A stretch of DNA of 64,000 nucleotides, from positions 3,008,001 through 3,072,000 of the forward strand of contig OZ219747.1 of NCBI GenBank assembly GCA_964291265.2, given 5' to 3'. Positions 9,821 to 20,093 of the stretch are shown piece by piece. Source of the stretch: Alphaproteobacteria bacterium (GTDB lineage: Bacteria; Pseudomonadota; Alphaproteobacteria; SP197). Made by a program: the position numbers and the translations under genes. The notes under the pieces were generated by a model, which made no database searches, had not been told where the DNA came from, and saw only the letters and a list, made by a program, of their open reading frames with translations. How positions within the stretch are numbered: the stretch's first letter is position 1; every line of letters starts with the position of its first letter.

Positions 9821-10992
9821 TCGTGCCTGGGCCTGGCGGCCAGCACATCATCAAGGCTCGTGGCCACCAGCACCGCCTCCGCCCAGGCCTCCAGTTCGGC
9901 GGCCGACGCGCCGCGCACCCGCTCGCGGACCGCATCCGGCACATCACCGAAGCGCAAGGACAGTTGACGAAGAAGAAGTTCCGCGAGGGCCTCGCTCCGG
10001 CCTCGTTCGATTCCCTTCTCGATTCCCTTCTCGATTCCCTTCTCGATTCCCTTCTCGATTCCCTCAGCTCTTCCCCTCTCAAGTCCCCTCTGGAGTCCCC
10101 TTTCGATACCCTCGGTTCTTCCCCTTTCGATTCCCTCGGCTCTTCCCCTTTCGATTCCCTCGGCTCTTCCTTTTTCGACCCAGGCTTGTGCGATCGTGCC
10201 CATCAGCACCTCCCAATGGTCCGGCTTCGTCCAGCGCAAAGACGCCTCCAGAAGAGGCAGCGTCAGACCCTTGTACTCGGTCATGTAGCGCACAATATGG
10301 CGCTCGAACGCGCTCCCTGCAAGCAGCCCGTCCATGATCACGTCGAGAAGATCGGGCGGCACCTCCTCGGCAAAGGCAAACCTGAGCGCCAGAAGAGCGG
10401 ACCGCACCTCGGGCGAGGTCGACGGCCGGTCCGGCGCCATCTCCCCGAGGTCGTGCACCACATAGGCGAACTCCCTGACGAACGACTCCAGCCCCTCGGG
10501 CGCGTCGATCATGTCCGGCACCGAGCGCGCCACCGTCCAGCGATCCCGGCCATGGTAGAAGACCAGCGGGATGATCACCGGCAGTTTTCTCCTGTCGCCC
10601 TCGATCTCGCTCCGCCCGATCTCGCTCCGCCCGATCTCGCTCCGCCAGATGTTGACCATGTATCCCAGGAGCTGGAGCGGCGTCGCGGCGTCGACGTAGC
10701 TCTTGTGTTCGAGCAGCACGTAGAGGCGCGCATCTTTGCCGTCCTTCAATCTCACCCGGAACAGCGCATCGCATTGGGTGGTACGGGCGGCCTCGTCGAC
10801 GAAACTGCCCTTGACCGCTTCCAGCGGCGCCTCGAGGTCGAGGAGGGCAGCCACCTTCGGCGGCAGGTAGTCGGTGAGCAGCGAAGCGGCGCGGGACGGC
10901 TCGGAGACCAGATCCCGGAACAGCGCATCGTGCCGGTTCGCCGGAAGTCTCCCGCGCAAGACCCCCGGCGTCTCAACGGGCATCGCGCTCAC
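9817..10992 (-). CDS. Rpn family recombination-promoting nuclease / putative transposase with DUF4351-like tail
   Basis: HDALFR, SFVDE, CDALF, LLEHKS and PLVFYHG motifs. (E/K)G(I/R)E repeat tail ending in ..RFGDVP...LEAW. Confidence 0.9.
   Translation of the reverse strand: MSAMPVETPGVLRGRLPANRHDALFRDLVSEPSRAASLLTDYLPPKVAALLDLEAPLEAVKGSFVDEAARTTQCDALFRVRLKDGKDARLYVLLEHKSYVDAATPLQLLGYMVNIWRSEIGRSEIGRSEIEGDRRKLPVIIPLVFYHGRDRWTVARSVPDMIDAPEGLESFVREFAYVVHDLGEMAPDRPSTSPEVRSALLALRFAFAEEVPPDLLDVIMDGLLAGSAFERHIVRYMTEYKGLTLPLLEASLRWTKPDHWEVLMGTIAQAWVEKGRAEGIERGRAEGIERGRTEGIERGLQRGLERGRAEGIEKGIEKGIEKGIEKGIERGRSEALAELLLRQLSLRFGDVPDAVRERVRGASAAELEAWAEAVLVATSLDDVLAARPRHE
10006..10180. repeat. 12-bp (CTCGATTCCCTT ~x5) and 24-bp tandem repeats in the Rpn tail
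   Basis: Directly visible; they encode the GIEK and GRAEGIER repeats. Confidence 0.9.
10602..10646. repeat. 15-bp tandem repeat x3 (CGATCTCGCTCCGCC) inside Rpn
   Basis: Directly visible; encodes the RSEIG repeat. Confidence 0.9.
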
Positions 10993-11343
10993 GGGCTGGA
11001 AGATGGCTGGTGTTCGTCATGGCGGCACCCTACGCCGAACAGCACCAAGGCAGCAATCGCGGCGCCTGACCCGGGGCCTGCCAGGCGTCAAGACCTCGAT
11101 GACGAAGGCTTCGATGTATTGGTTCGGGATCGGGAGGCCCACGCGCCGGGCGCTGTCGGCGGGATCCGTGGAGGTCAAGGACCGTGATCTCGTCGCCGTG
11201 GACGATGCGGCTTGGCGACGTGATCGGGCTCATGAGCGTGCAAGACGCTCATGACGCGGCACGCGGCGATGACGTCGAAGACCAGGCACCCCTCATCTCG
11301 CTGGTCTGTCGAAGCCGGTCGGTGTGCCGGCCTTCAGGGTCTA

Positions 11344-12303
11344 AGAGTTTGTTCCTAAAGTCGCGGGTAGCCCCAAGCCATGGTATTCCATCAGGTACAC
11401 AACCCACAGATGGAGGGTATCATGGCTTGGAATGGGGCCACCCAGGCGAAGTATGGGCGTAGCGACGACGACCGGCAAAACGATCTGAGCGACGAGGAGT
11501 GGGCACTCATCGAGCCTCTGATTCCGGCGCAGGGTCGGATGGGCCGTCCCCGCACGACGGACCCCCGCCGGGTGTTCGATGCGATCCAGTCCATGCTGGC
11601 ATCGGGATGCCAGTGGCGCCTGATTCCGTCTGATGATCCACCGTTTTCCACGGTTCAGAACTATTTCTATGCCTGGTTACGCAGCGGTGTTCTCGAGCGC
11701 ATGCTGGATGCGTTGCGGGATCATGCGCGTCGTCTGGCGGGTCGCCGTGTTGAACCCACGGCTGCGGTGATCGACACGCAGAGTGTGAAGACGACGGAGT
11801 GTGGCGGTCCTTCTGGCTGTTGATGCGGGCAAGAAGATCAAGGGCCGCAAGCGTCATCTGACGGTGGACACCGAGGGTTCACCGATTGTCCTCAGCATTC
11901 ATCCGGCCGACATCCAGGATCGGGACGCGGCTGTGGATGTGCTTGTGACCCTTCTGGGCAAGGCCCCGGAGGTCTCGCGGGTGTTTGCCGACGGCGGTTA
12001 CGGGGGGCCCAGGCTGCGTGCTGCCCTGGCCCGCAGGGGTTTGCCGGATATGATCGAGGTTGTCGAAAAGCCCAAGGGTATCAGGGAGTTCACCATTCTC
12101 CCCCGTCGCTGGGTTGTGGAGAGGAGCTTTGCCTGGATGGGCCGATGCCGTCGATTGGCCAAGGACTTCGAGCGGCACCGAGGCGAGCTCCTTGGCTTGG
12201 GCGAGGCTGGCGGCGTGCCGGTTTCTCATGCGGCGGGTGGCGCGAGAGTTAAGTGCGTGAATCAAATAACATAACAATATCAATAACTTATGATTCAAAC
12301 TCT
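11344..12303 (+). mobile_element. IS5 family element; transposase ~11422-12260 with two frameshifts
   Basis: TIRs AGAGTTTG / CAAACTCT, flanked by TA on both sides (CTAG target). Motifs DLSDEEW, GCQWR, IDTQSVK, GKKIKGRKRH, ADGGY and RWVVERSFAW. Confidence 0.9.
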
Positions 12304-12697
12304 TAGGCCGAAGTTCCGGACGATTTCAGCGGTGTAAGCATTCCAAGTGGTTGTTCTTACTGTTAGAATGGCACAGCGACAACATGTGAATGTTCCCATG
12401 TAGTGGCAAAACACTCTGTTGACACAGGCGACTGTTGTCCCCATGTACACAGACATCGTTCCCAACCGCATGAGCCCCCCCAACAATCTCTCCTCCTGGC
12501 TCTTGGAGAAGGTCGTAACCCTGCGGCCCTTCCAGGTCACCACGTGGCCCACGACGCTTCAGAAAAAGACCCTGAACAACCTCGGCGTGTGCCTCTAGCG
12601 TTACCAGTAGCGACACACCCGATTCTCTCAAACGTCAATACATTCATGACGATACGTCTGATCGGTGATGGAACTTCGGCTTAAGGACTCTTCAATC

Positions 12698-12824
12698 GCA
12701 GGTGCTCGATCAAGGGGGCCATGATGAGGGTGCCGGTGGCAACCACCCACCGTCCCGAGTCTCGCCCGCACCCGCACTCGCTCAGTTCCGTGATGCCTCG
12801 ATCACTGCGTGACCGAACGCTTAA
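12698..12824. mobile_element. MITE with IS66-type ends, copy 2
   Basis: Ends ...TCACTGCGTGACCGAACGCTTAA. The interior aligns with 23939-24055. Confidence 0.7.
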
Positions 12825-13160
12825 CCCTTTCCGAAAGCGAGACTACATGCCGGTGGGGCCGGTGTCTTCCGTTGCCTTTCGGCCGGACAGTCATCTGATG
12901 ACAAGGCCAGTGCAATCCGAGCCGCAGCGCCCGTTCGGCGTCGGTCATGCGGTCCTCCCCGTCATCCTCGCCGAGACGATGTGGATCCATGCGCAGGCTT
13001 GTCACGGACAATGACAGGCCGGCCGCTTGCTTCGGTGGATGAGCCGGTCGTCGTTGACGATCATCGTGCCGAAGACCGAATCTGGCGCCGAACATCCATG
13101 GCGGCGCCGCAGCGCCACCAGAATCACATGATCAGCCTCACGAGCGGGGTACGGGCAGGG

Positions 13161-14393
13161 TTAGCGGCGAATGAACTGGCGGGCGGCGGCGAAGCAGCCG
13201 TAGGCGATGACGGCGACGATGAGAGATCCGACGAAACCGTGGGGCCCGAACTCATCCATTGACATGCCGACCATCAGCGGTCCGACCATGCCGCCGATCC
13301 CGAAGAGAAGCGAGAAGACGGCGTTCGCGGCGACGAGATCGACGGAGCGGAAGCGCTGTCCGAGCAGCGTGAGGCCGACGGTGAAGACGGCGCCCATGGC
13401 GCCGCCCCAGACGACGATGACCGACCACAGGAGGAGGCCCGGTCTGGTCCACCAGGGCTCGGCGCCGCCATGGAGGAGCCAGGGCAGAGGCCCCAGGCAG
13501 GCTGCGATGACGAAGACGCAGGCGACCAGAAGCCAGCCCCGGTGCACGCGATCCGCCAGCCATCCGACAGGATACTGGAAGAAGATGGCGCCGACCGATC
13601 CCACCCAGATGACACCGTATCCCGTCTGGCGGAACTCCTCTCCGAGGACATCCATGGTGTAGAGGTGAGCGAAGGACTGCAACCCTCCCTCGAGAATGCC
13701 GAACATGGCCGACGACATCAAGACGGTCGGCGCTACCAGGAAGACGATCAAGAGACGGCCGATTCCGGAGTGAGCACGATCCTCGGCCGGAAAGGTGACC
13801 GTGATCCTGCGGGTCGGCAGGAGCAGCATGGAGGTGATGAGAACCGACGACAGTCCGATCAGGAATGGCCAGGCGGTTTCCGGATCAAGATTGGCGCCGA
13901 CCAGGGGTCCGACGGCCCAGCCGGCCATGCCGACGGTGGTGTAGATGCCGAGCCACCGCCCGCGAACGCGATCATCGAGGATCTGGTTGATCCAGGTGTC
14001 GCCTGCGGTGAACAGCAGTGCATTGCCGATACCGAGCAGGAATCGGAGCGCACACCAGGCCGTGTAGTCGCGCCACAGCGGCAAACCGGCGAGCGCGATG
14101 GCGACAAGAAACAGGCCGACGCCGAGCGATCCCAGGACTCCCAGCAGCGGAATCAGGCGGGTGGCGACAAGGGACACGATGACGATGCCAGCGAACTGCA
14201 GCGCGGCACTGACGCTGATCTCGGTTTCGCTGTACCCCCTGTTGCTCAGGGATTCGGCGAGAATGGGCCACACCAGGGAACTCGTCATGCTGACGACCGA
14301 CAGCGCCGCGATCAGCAGGATCAGGCACCGTCGTCTGTCGCCAGGCGACAGGCGTATCTCAGACGTGGTCGATCCGCTGTCTGTCACGGACAT
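13161..14393 (-). CDS. MFS transporter (YcaD/YbfB-like)
   Basis: About 12 hydrophobic segments; motifs LRFLLGIG and QYPVGWLADR. Confidence 0.88.
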   Translation of the reverse strand: MSVTDSGSTTSEIRLSPGDRRRCLILLIAALSVVSMTSSLVWPILAESLSNRGYSETEISVSAALQFAGIVIVSLVATRLIPLLGVLGSLGVGLFLVAIALAGLPLWRDYTAWCALRFLLGIGNALLFTAGDTWINQILDDRVRGRWLGIYTTVGMAGWAVGPLVGANLDPETAWPFLIGLSSVLITSMLLLPTRRITVTFPAEDRAHSGIGRLLIVFLVAPTVLMSSAMFGILEGGLQSFAHLYTMDVLGEEFRQTGYGVIWVGSVGAIFFQYPVGWLADRVHRGWLLVACVFVIAACLGPLPWLLHGGAEPWWTRPGLLLWSVIVVWGGAMGAVFTVGLTLLGQRFRSVDLVAANAVFSLLFGIGGMVGPLMVGMSMDEFGPHGFVGSLIVAVIAYGCFAAARQFIRR

Positions 14394-15060
14394 AGTGCAC
14401 GAAGGGAATGGTGGAAGGCTGCTGTCGTCGCGCCCGATCCTGCCAGCGCTGCCGCGCCGTCGTCAGGGCGATTTCCGTGACGTCGATGATCGGCAGGCAA
14501 AAGGCCTCATCGACAGGCAGCCAATGAAGATCCTCGAGTTCTCCGTCAACGAGCAGGTTTCCCCTGCAACCCGTGCCGTCGGCGAGAAAGAAGCGCGTGT
14601 TGAAACGCCGCGGTGACAGGGTGGGCGTGAGGGCCCGCATGATGTAGTCGAGAGCGGCCACATCCGGCACCATGCCCGCTTCCCGGCAGGCGCTCCAGAA
14701 GGGCGTCGAAGGCAGAGGACTGAACACATCCCCGGATGCCTCCTTCCCCAGAAGATATCCTGTTTCCTCGTGGGTCTCGCGAATGGCAGCCAACGCAAGG
14801 GCCAACGGGGAGATGTTGGGGGTATCGCGTCTGATGGCCAGTTCAGTGTCTGCCGACAGGTGATAGCGGTCGCCTGGAATACACCTGTCGGCAGTATCGA
14901 CACGGCCGCCGGGAAACACGTAGATGTCGGGAAGGAACCGCGCCCGCTTGCGACGCCGTCCCATCAGCACCTCGACCGTATCACCGGCCTCGCGCAGCAG
15001 GACGACGCTGGCCGCATCGCGCGGCCTGGCGGGGCGGGCGGGCGACGAACCCCGGTCCAT
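14359..15060 (-). CDS. NUDIX hydrolase
   Basis: Motifs PRDAAS, VFPGGRVD, AIRETHEETG and RRFNTRFF. Confidence 0.9.
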   Translation of the reverse strand: MDRGSSPARPARPRDAASVVLLREAGDTVEVLMGRRRKRARFLPDIYVFPGGRVDTADRCIPGDRYHLSADTELAIRRDTPNISPLALALAAIRETHEETGYLLGKEASGDVFSPLPSTPFWSACREAGMVPDVAALDYIMRALTPTLSPRRFNTRFFLADGTGCRGNLLVDGELEDLHWLPVDEAFCLPIIDVTEIALTTARQRWQDRARRQQPSTIPFVHYVRDRQRIDHV

Positions 15061-15085
15061 CGAAGACAGATCAGGCAGGGGCGTG

Positions 15086-15352
15086 TCAGGCGAGAAGGTT
15101 GCGGCCGGCCTCGGTCAGCCGGCAGACCAGCCAGTCAGGCTTGACGGGATTGCTGATCCAGGGCTCGGCCCACCCCTGGCGGATGCAGCTTCGTATGGTG
15201 CGGGGATCGACCTCGCGGCCGACCTCGTCGAACAACGGCAACTTGCCGCCGGGCTGGTCGAGTCCCTGCATCAGCCAGCGCTTCTGGACGATCGTCGGAC
15301 GCCCATGACCACCACGATCATCATGGCGAATCTCTCTGGCCAGTGCCATGGC
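15086..15352 (-). CDS. Conserved small hypothetical protein
   Basis: WLMQGLDQPGGKLPLFD...GWAEPW..NP.KPDWLVCRLT, located in the operon between rnr and NUDIX. Start uncertain. Confidence 0.65.
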   Translation of the reverse strand, partial: AMALAREIRHDDRGGHGRPTIVQKRWLMQGLDQPGGKLPLFDEVGREVDPRTIRSCIRQGWAEPWISNPVKPDWLVCRLTEAGRNLLA

Positions 15353-15471
15353 ATCCTCCCGTCCGGCACATGACATGATGCAACGCCAGGAGCGACTCGT
15401 CAATCAATCATCTATAACATGACATACCGTATGTAATGATTTCATCATGCACGATATAGTTTGTCATTCTA

Positions 15472-17385
15472 TCAAGATGGGACGAGCGCGTAGACCAGGG
15501 ATCCGTTGGTTGTGTCGCATTCTGCAAGTCTTACATGAACACTCTGACCGAGAGTGTAGCGCGCTCCCCTGCCGTTCAGTGTCTGACGTGATTCCTGATA
15601 GCGGAAAGGACCACCCGGCAGGAAGCGGGCGGGCACCAGCCCTTCGGCGTTGATGGGGCCGGCCCTGACGATGATGCCGAATCGGCCGAGTCCCGATATG
15701 CAACCCTGCATGACGGCATGATCACGGCTCGCAAGCCACCGGGCGACGTAGTGATCGCCTGCATGCCGTTCGGCGCTGACGGCCCTGCGTTCCATGGAGC
15801 CGAGGTGACGGCCCACGCGGTCGAGGTCATCGGGGAGTGTTTCGCCAAGGAGTGCGCGGTGGATCAGGAGGTCTGCATAGCGCCTGATCGGCGACGTGAA
15901 GTGGCAGTACTGGTCGAGTGCGAGGCCGAAGTGGCCGATGTTGCGGGGGCTGTACGTTGCCAGGGCCTGACAACGCAGCACGATGTCCTCGACTGTCTGG
16001 CGTTCATCGGTACTGGCGGCATGTTCGAGAACACGGGCAAGGTCGCCGGGTGAGGGACGGCGGGCCTGAAGGGAAACATGGCCGCGCATCGACAGGAATG
16101 TGCGCAGGGTTTCCAGTTTCTCGTCGCCGGGCCGGTCATGAACCCGGAAGAGGCACTTGCCCCGGGAAGCGAGTTCCCGTGCCGCCGCGACATTGGCGGC
16201 GATCATCAGTTCCTCGATCAGGCGATGGCTGTCCAGGCGGTGTCCGAGAACGATGTCGCTGACATGACCCTGATCGTCGCAACTGATCTTTCGTTCTCTC
16301 CGCTCGATCTCGAAGGCGCCGCGCTGCCGCCGTGCGTCGAGCAGAACCTGAAACGCACCGTAGAGATGGCCGATGAGCCGCTGGGGCAAGCCGGAAGTCG
16401 CGGTCGACGGACGCCCGTTGCGGTGCTCCTCGACCTCGGCGTAGACAAGGCGCGCCCGCGAACGCATCACGGCCCGTTCGAAGCGCCAGCGCCGCAGTCT
16501 TCCCTTGTCCGTGATCCAGAGATGAGCGGCTACGCAGGGGCGCGACGCCCCGGGTTTGAGGGAACACCGGTCATTGGAAAGCGCCTCCGGCAGCATGGGC
16601 ACCACCCGATCGGGAAAGTAGACGGAGTTTCCCCTCAGGAAGGCTTCCCGGTCGAGGGCGCCGTCTGGTCGGACATGGTGCGCGACATCGGCGATGGCGA
16701 CGATGACGTACCAGCCGTCACCGTCCGGCTCCGCAAAGACGGCATCGTCGTGATCCCGGGCATCGTCATCGTCGATGGTGACGAACGGAATGGCGCCAAG
16801 ATCGCTGCGGCCTGCTGCGTCGTCGGCAACCACCTCAGCCTCGACCTCGGCGAGGGCATCGGCCGGAAACTCGAGAGGGATGTCGTGGGCAGAGATGGCG
16901 GCAAGGCTGACGGCGCGGGTATCTCTCCAGCTGCCGAGTGTCCCGGTGATACGGACACGGGGCGGGCCGGGCCGGCCTTCGTCGATGGTCTCCGCCAGAA
17001 CCAGGTCACCATGGCTTGCGGAGTCGACATCGCAAGCTGCCACCGGCCAGGTACGACTTCCGCGCCGGCTGGTGCTGGCGATGAATCGTTTGCGGCCGAT
17101 ACGCTGATAGACCCCGGCCACTCTGGCCGGAGTCGGGGGAAGGACGCGGCGTATTCTTCCATGACGTCGACCGTCGGCCATGCTGTGCCGGACCGAGACC
17201 AGGACAAGATCTCCGGGTCCTGCCGCCGGGGTCCGCCCGCCGCCGGAGGAGTCGAGAACGATGAGTGGCGGTTGACCGCGGCCGGTCCACCGGAGGGGAC
17301 GCGCCACCGGATGGCCGTCGTCGTCGAGGCCAGTGACCTCGACGACGACGTCACGTCGATCATGGTCCCTGGAACGGCGGCCCAT
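15472..17385 (-). CDS. rnr: Ribonuclease R / RNB family exoribonuclease
   Basis: TIDDDDARDHDDA, IADVAH, EELMIAAN and HFTSPIRRYADL motifs; C-terminal S1 domain. Confidence 0.92.
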   Translation of the reverse strand: MGRRSRDHDRRDVVVEVTGLDDDGHPVARPLRWTGRGQPPLIVLDSSGGGRTPAAGPGDLVLVSVRHSMADGRRHGRIRRVLPPTPARVAGVYQRIGRKRFIASTSRRGSRTWPVAACDVDSASHGDLVLAETIDEGRPGPPRVRITGTLGSWRDTRAVSLAAISAHDIPLEFPADALAEVEAEVVADDAAGRSDLGAIPFVTIDDDDARDHDDAVFAEPDGDGWYVIVAIADVAHHVRPDGALDREAFLRGNSVYFPDRVVPMLPEALSNDRCSLKPGASRPCVAAHLWITDKGRLRRWRFERAVMRSRARLVYAEVEEHRNGRPSTATSGLPQRLIGHLYGAFQVLLDARRQRGAFEIERRERKISCDDQGHVSDIVLGHRLDSHRLIEELMIAANVAAARELASRGKCLFRVHDRPGDEKLETLRTFLSMRGHVSLQARRPSPGDLARVLEHAASTDERQTVEDIVLRCQALATYSPRNIGHFGLALDQYCHFTSPIRRYADLLIHRALLGETLPDDLDRVGRHLGSMERRAVSAERHAGDHYVARWLASRDHAVMQGCISGLGRFGIIVRAGPINAEGLVPARFLPGGPFRYQESRQTLNGRGARYTLGQSVHVRLAECDTTNGSLVYALVPS

Positions 17386-17387
17386 GC

Positions 17388-19949
17388 TCAGGCGTCGCGA
17401 CCGGATTTCCTGGCCTTTCGTGGAGCCTTTCGCCGATTCTTCGGCGAGGCCTTCCTGCGTGCGAGAAGATCGAGCGCCATCTCGAGAGTGACATCGTCGG
17501 GATCGGTTCCCGAGGGAAGCGAGGCATTGGTCCCGTCGTGCCTGACATAGGGGCCGTAGCGTCCCTTCATCACCTCGACAGGCGCCTGATCGTCCGGATG
17601 TTCGCCGAGAGTCATCAGGGCCTGGCCCCGCTTCCGGGTGCCATCGCTTTCGGCGATCAGGGTGACGGCCCTGTTGAGGCCTATCGTGAGCACGTCATCC
17701 TCGCGGAGGCTGATGTAGCGTCGACCGTGTTTGAGGTAGGGACCGTATCGGCTGATACCTGCCATGATGACGGATTTCGTTTCGGGGTGTTCGCCGACCT
17801 CCCTGGGAAGCGCGAGAAGCGCCAGGGCTGTCTCGAGCGTCATCGCCGATGGGGTGATGGAGGCGGGAACAGAAACCGTCGACGAAGCGGATCCGGACTC
17901 GCCCTTGCGGACGTAAGGACCGAACTTGCCATGGAGCAGGGTCACGGGAAGGCCCGTCTCCGGTTCCTCGCCGAGGAGGCGCGGTTCGCTGTCCTCCGGC
18001 GCGGCATTGCCGTCTCTGTCGAAGGGATTCTTGGTGTAGCGGCACTCCGGATAGGCTGAACAGCCGATGAAGGCGCCGAACTTGCCCAGTTTCAGACTGA
18101 GCGTGCCCTCCTTGCAGGACGGACAGAGGCGTGGGTTGCCGTCGCCCTGGTCAGGATAGATGTCATGCTCGAGAACCCGTTCGATACTCTCGACGATGTT
18201 CCGCAGTTCGAGGTTCCGCGTGTCGTGTGTCACTCGTTCAAAGGCGTCCCAGAAATCCCGCAGCACGGCCTTCCAGTTCGCGTTTCCGCTGGAGATCCGG
18301 TCGAGATCCTGCTCCATGTCTGCGGTGAAGGTGTACTGCACGTAGGTTCCGAAGAACGTCTCGAGGAAGGCGACGAGCAGGCGTCCGCGGTCGGCAGGAC
18401 GGAACTGCCTGCGTTCCAGGCTGACATACTCCTTGTCCTTGAGAACTCCGATGATGGGTGCGTAGGTCGAAGGCCTGCCGATGCCGAGTTCCTCGAGGCG
18501 CTTGACGAGGGTGGCTTCGGTGAGGCGCGGCGGCGGTTCCGTGAAGTGCTGTTGCGGTCTGACCTCGCCGACTTCGAGTCGGTCGCCCTTGGCAAGATCC
18601 GGCAATCTCCTGTCGCCTGCGTCGCCGTCCTTCCCGTCGGTCGATTCCCGGTACAGTCTGTTGAAGCCGTCGAAGACCATGACCGAACCGCTGGCACGCA
18701 GCCCGACTTCGCGGCCGGAATGTCCATCGGCCGGCGACCTGATATCGACAGTGGTCTGGTCGAAACGGACCTGGGCCATCTGGCTGGCGAGGGCTCGTTT
18801 CCAGATGAGCGCGTAGAGCCGTGCTTCCCTGTCCTCGAGATACCGCGCCACCGCCTCGGGCGTGCGGCTGAAATCGGTCGGCCTGATGGCCTCGTGCGCC
18901 TCCTGGGCGTTGCGGGCCCGGGTCGTGAAGGTCCTTTGTCTCTTCGGCAGGTAGGCGTCGCCGAATGTGTCGGCAATGAGACGCCGCGCGTCATGGATCG
19001 CCGCCTGGGACATGACGATGCTGTCCGTGCGCATGTAGCTGATGAGGCCGGTGGTCTCGCCGCCGATGTCGCGGCCTTCATAGAGGCGCTGGGCGTGGCG
19101 CATGGTGTCCTGAACACTGAAACCGAACCTGCGCGAGGCGTCCTGCTGCAAGGTTGAGGTGGTGAATGGCGGCGGAGGATTGCGCTTCGCTTCCTTGCGC
19201 TCCACGGCGTCGACGGCGAACACGCCGCCACGCACGCTGGAAGCAGCTTCCGTGGCCACGGTCTCGTCGGCCAGGGAGAACTTCTCGAGCCGGTCCCCAT
19301 CGAGACTGTGAAGCCGTGCGGTCAGCGACGCACCGCCCGCGGTTCCAAGATCGGCATCGACGGACCAGTACTCCCGGGGCGTGAAGCGCTCGATTTCTGC
19401 CTCGCGTTCGCAGATCAGGCGAAGGGCCACCGACTGCACGCGTCCGGCCGACTTGCAGTCGCAACCGGGCAGCTTGCGCCAGAGAACCGGCGACAGGGTG
19501 AACCCGATGAGATAATCGAGCGCCCGCCGGGCCAGCTGCGCCTCGACGAGATGCATGTCGATATCGCGGGGTTCCGCCATGGCGCCGCGCACGGCCTCCG
19601 AGGTGACCTCGTTGAAGACCACGCGCTTTACGGGACGATCCGCCGCGGCGCCGTTGTCCTTGAGCCAGTTCAGCACGTGCCAGGCGATGGCCTCGCCTTC
19701 CCGGTCGGGATCCGTGGCGAGAACCAGGGAATCGGCCTTCTCCAGCGCCGTGGAAATGGTTTCGAGCGCCTCAAGAGACCTGGAGTTGGTCTCGAAGGTC
19801 ATCTCGAAGTCACGCTCGGGCTGGACCGAACCGTTCCGCGAAGGCAGATCGCTGACGTGTCCGTAACTTGCCAGCACGGTGTAGTCTGGACCCAGATACC
19901 TGCCGATGGTCTTTGCCTTGGCAGGAGATTCAACGACAACGACCTGCAT
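17388..19949 (-). CDS. topA: DNA topoisomerase I
   Basis: VESPAKAKTI, ATDPDREGE, SAGRVQS, SYMRTD, QEAHEAIRPT and GIGRPSTY motifs; Zn ribbon and C-terminal repeats. Confidence 0.97.
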   Translation of the reverse strand: MQVVVVESPAKAKTIGRYLGPDYTVLASYGHVSDLPSRNGSVQPERDFEMTFETNSRSLEALETISTALEKADSLVLATDPDREGEAIAWHVLNWLKDNGAAADRPVKRVVFNEVTSEAVRGAMAEPRDIDMHLVEAQLARRALDYLIGFTLSPVLWRKLPGCDCKSAGRVQSVALRLICEREAEIERFTPREYWSVDADLGTAGGASLTARLHSLDGDRLEKFSLADETVATEAASSVRGGVFAVDAVERKEAKRNPPPPFTTSTLQQDASRRFGFSVQDTMRHAQRLYEGRDIGGETTGLISYMRTDSIVMSQAAIHDARRLIADTFGDAYLPKRQRTFTTRARNAQEAHEAIRPTDFSRTPEAVARYLEDREARLYALIWKRALASQMAQVRFDQTTVDIRSPADGHSGREVGLRASGSVMVFDGFNRLYRESTDGKDGDAGDRRLPDLAKGDRLEVGEVRPQQHFTEPPPRLTEATLVKRLEELGIGRPSTYAPIIGVLKDKEYVSLERRQFRPADRGRLLVAFLETFFGTYVQYTFTADMEQDLDRISSGNANWKAVLRDFWDAFERVTHDTRNLELRNIVESIERVLEHDIYPDQGDGNPRLCPSCKEGTLSLKLGKFGAFIGCSAYPECRYTKNPFDRDGNAAPEDSEPRLLGEEPETGLPVTLLHGKFGPYVRKGESGSASSTVSVPASITPSAMTLETALALLALPREVGEHPETKSVIMAGISRYGPYLKHGRRYISLREDDVLTIGLNRAVTLIAESDGTRKRGQALMTLGEHPDDQAPVEVMKGRYGPYVRHDGTNASLPSGTDPDDVTLEMALDLLARRKASPKNRRKAPRKARKSGRDA

Positions 19950-20093
19950 GGAGATTCCCACGATCCATCCGGCACGTGCTAATTGGCACCGGTCGCGCGG
20001 TCCGTCAAGGAGGCTGCCGCTCTCCGGGGAGGTGCGGGACTGCTCATCCGGGGGCTCGCCGGCACCGCGTTCCGGACTGCTCCCCGAGGCGGG

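Noticed and set aside
12306-12690. Short ORFs in the AT-richer segment after IS5
   Set aside because: No frame gives a recognisable protein or a convincing start.
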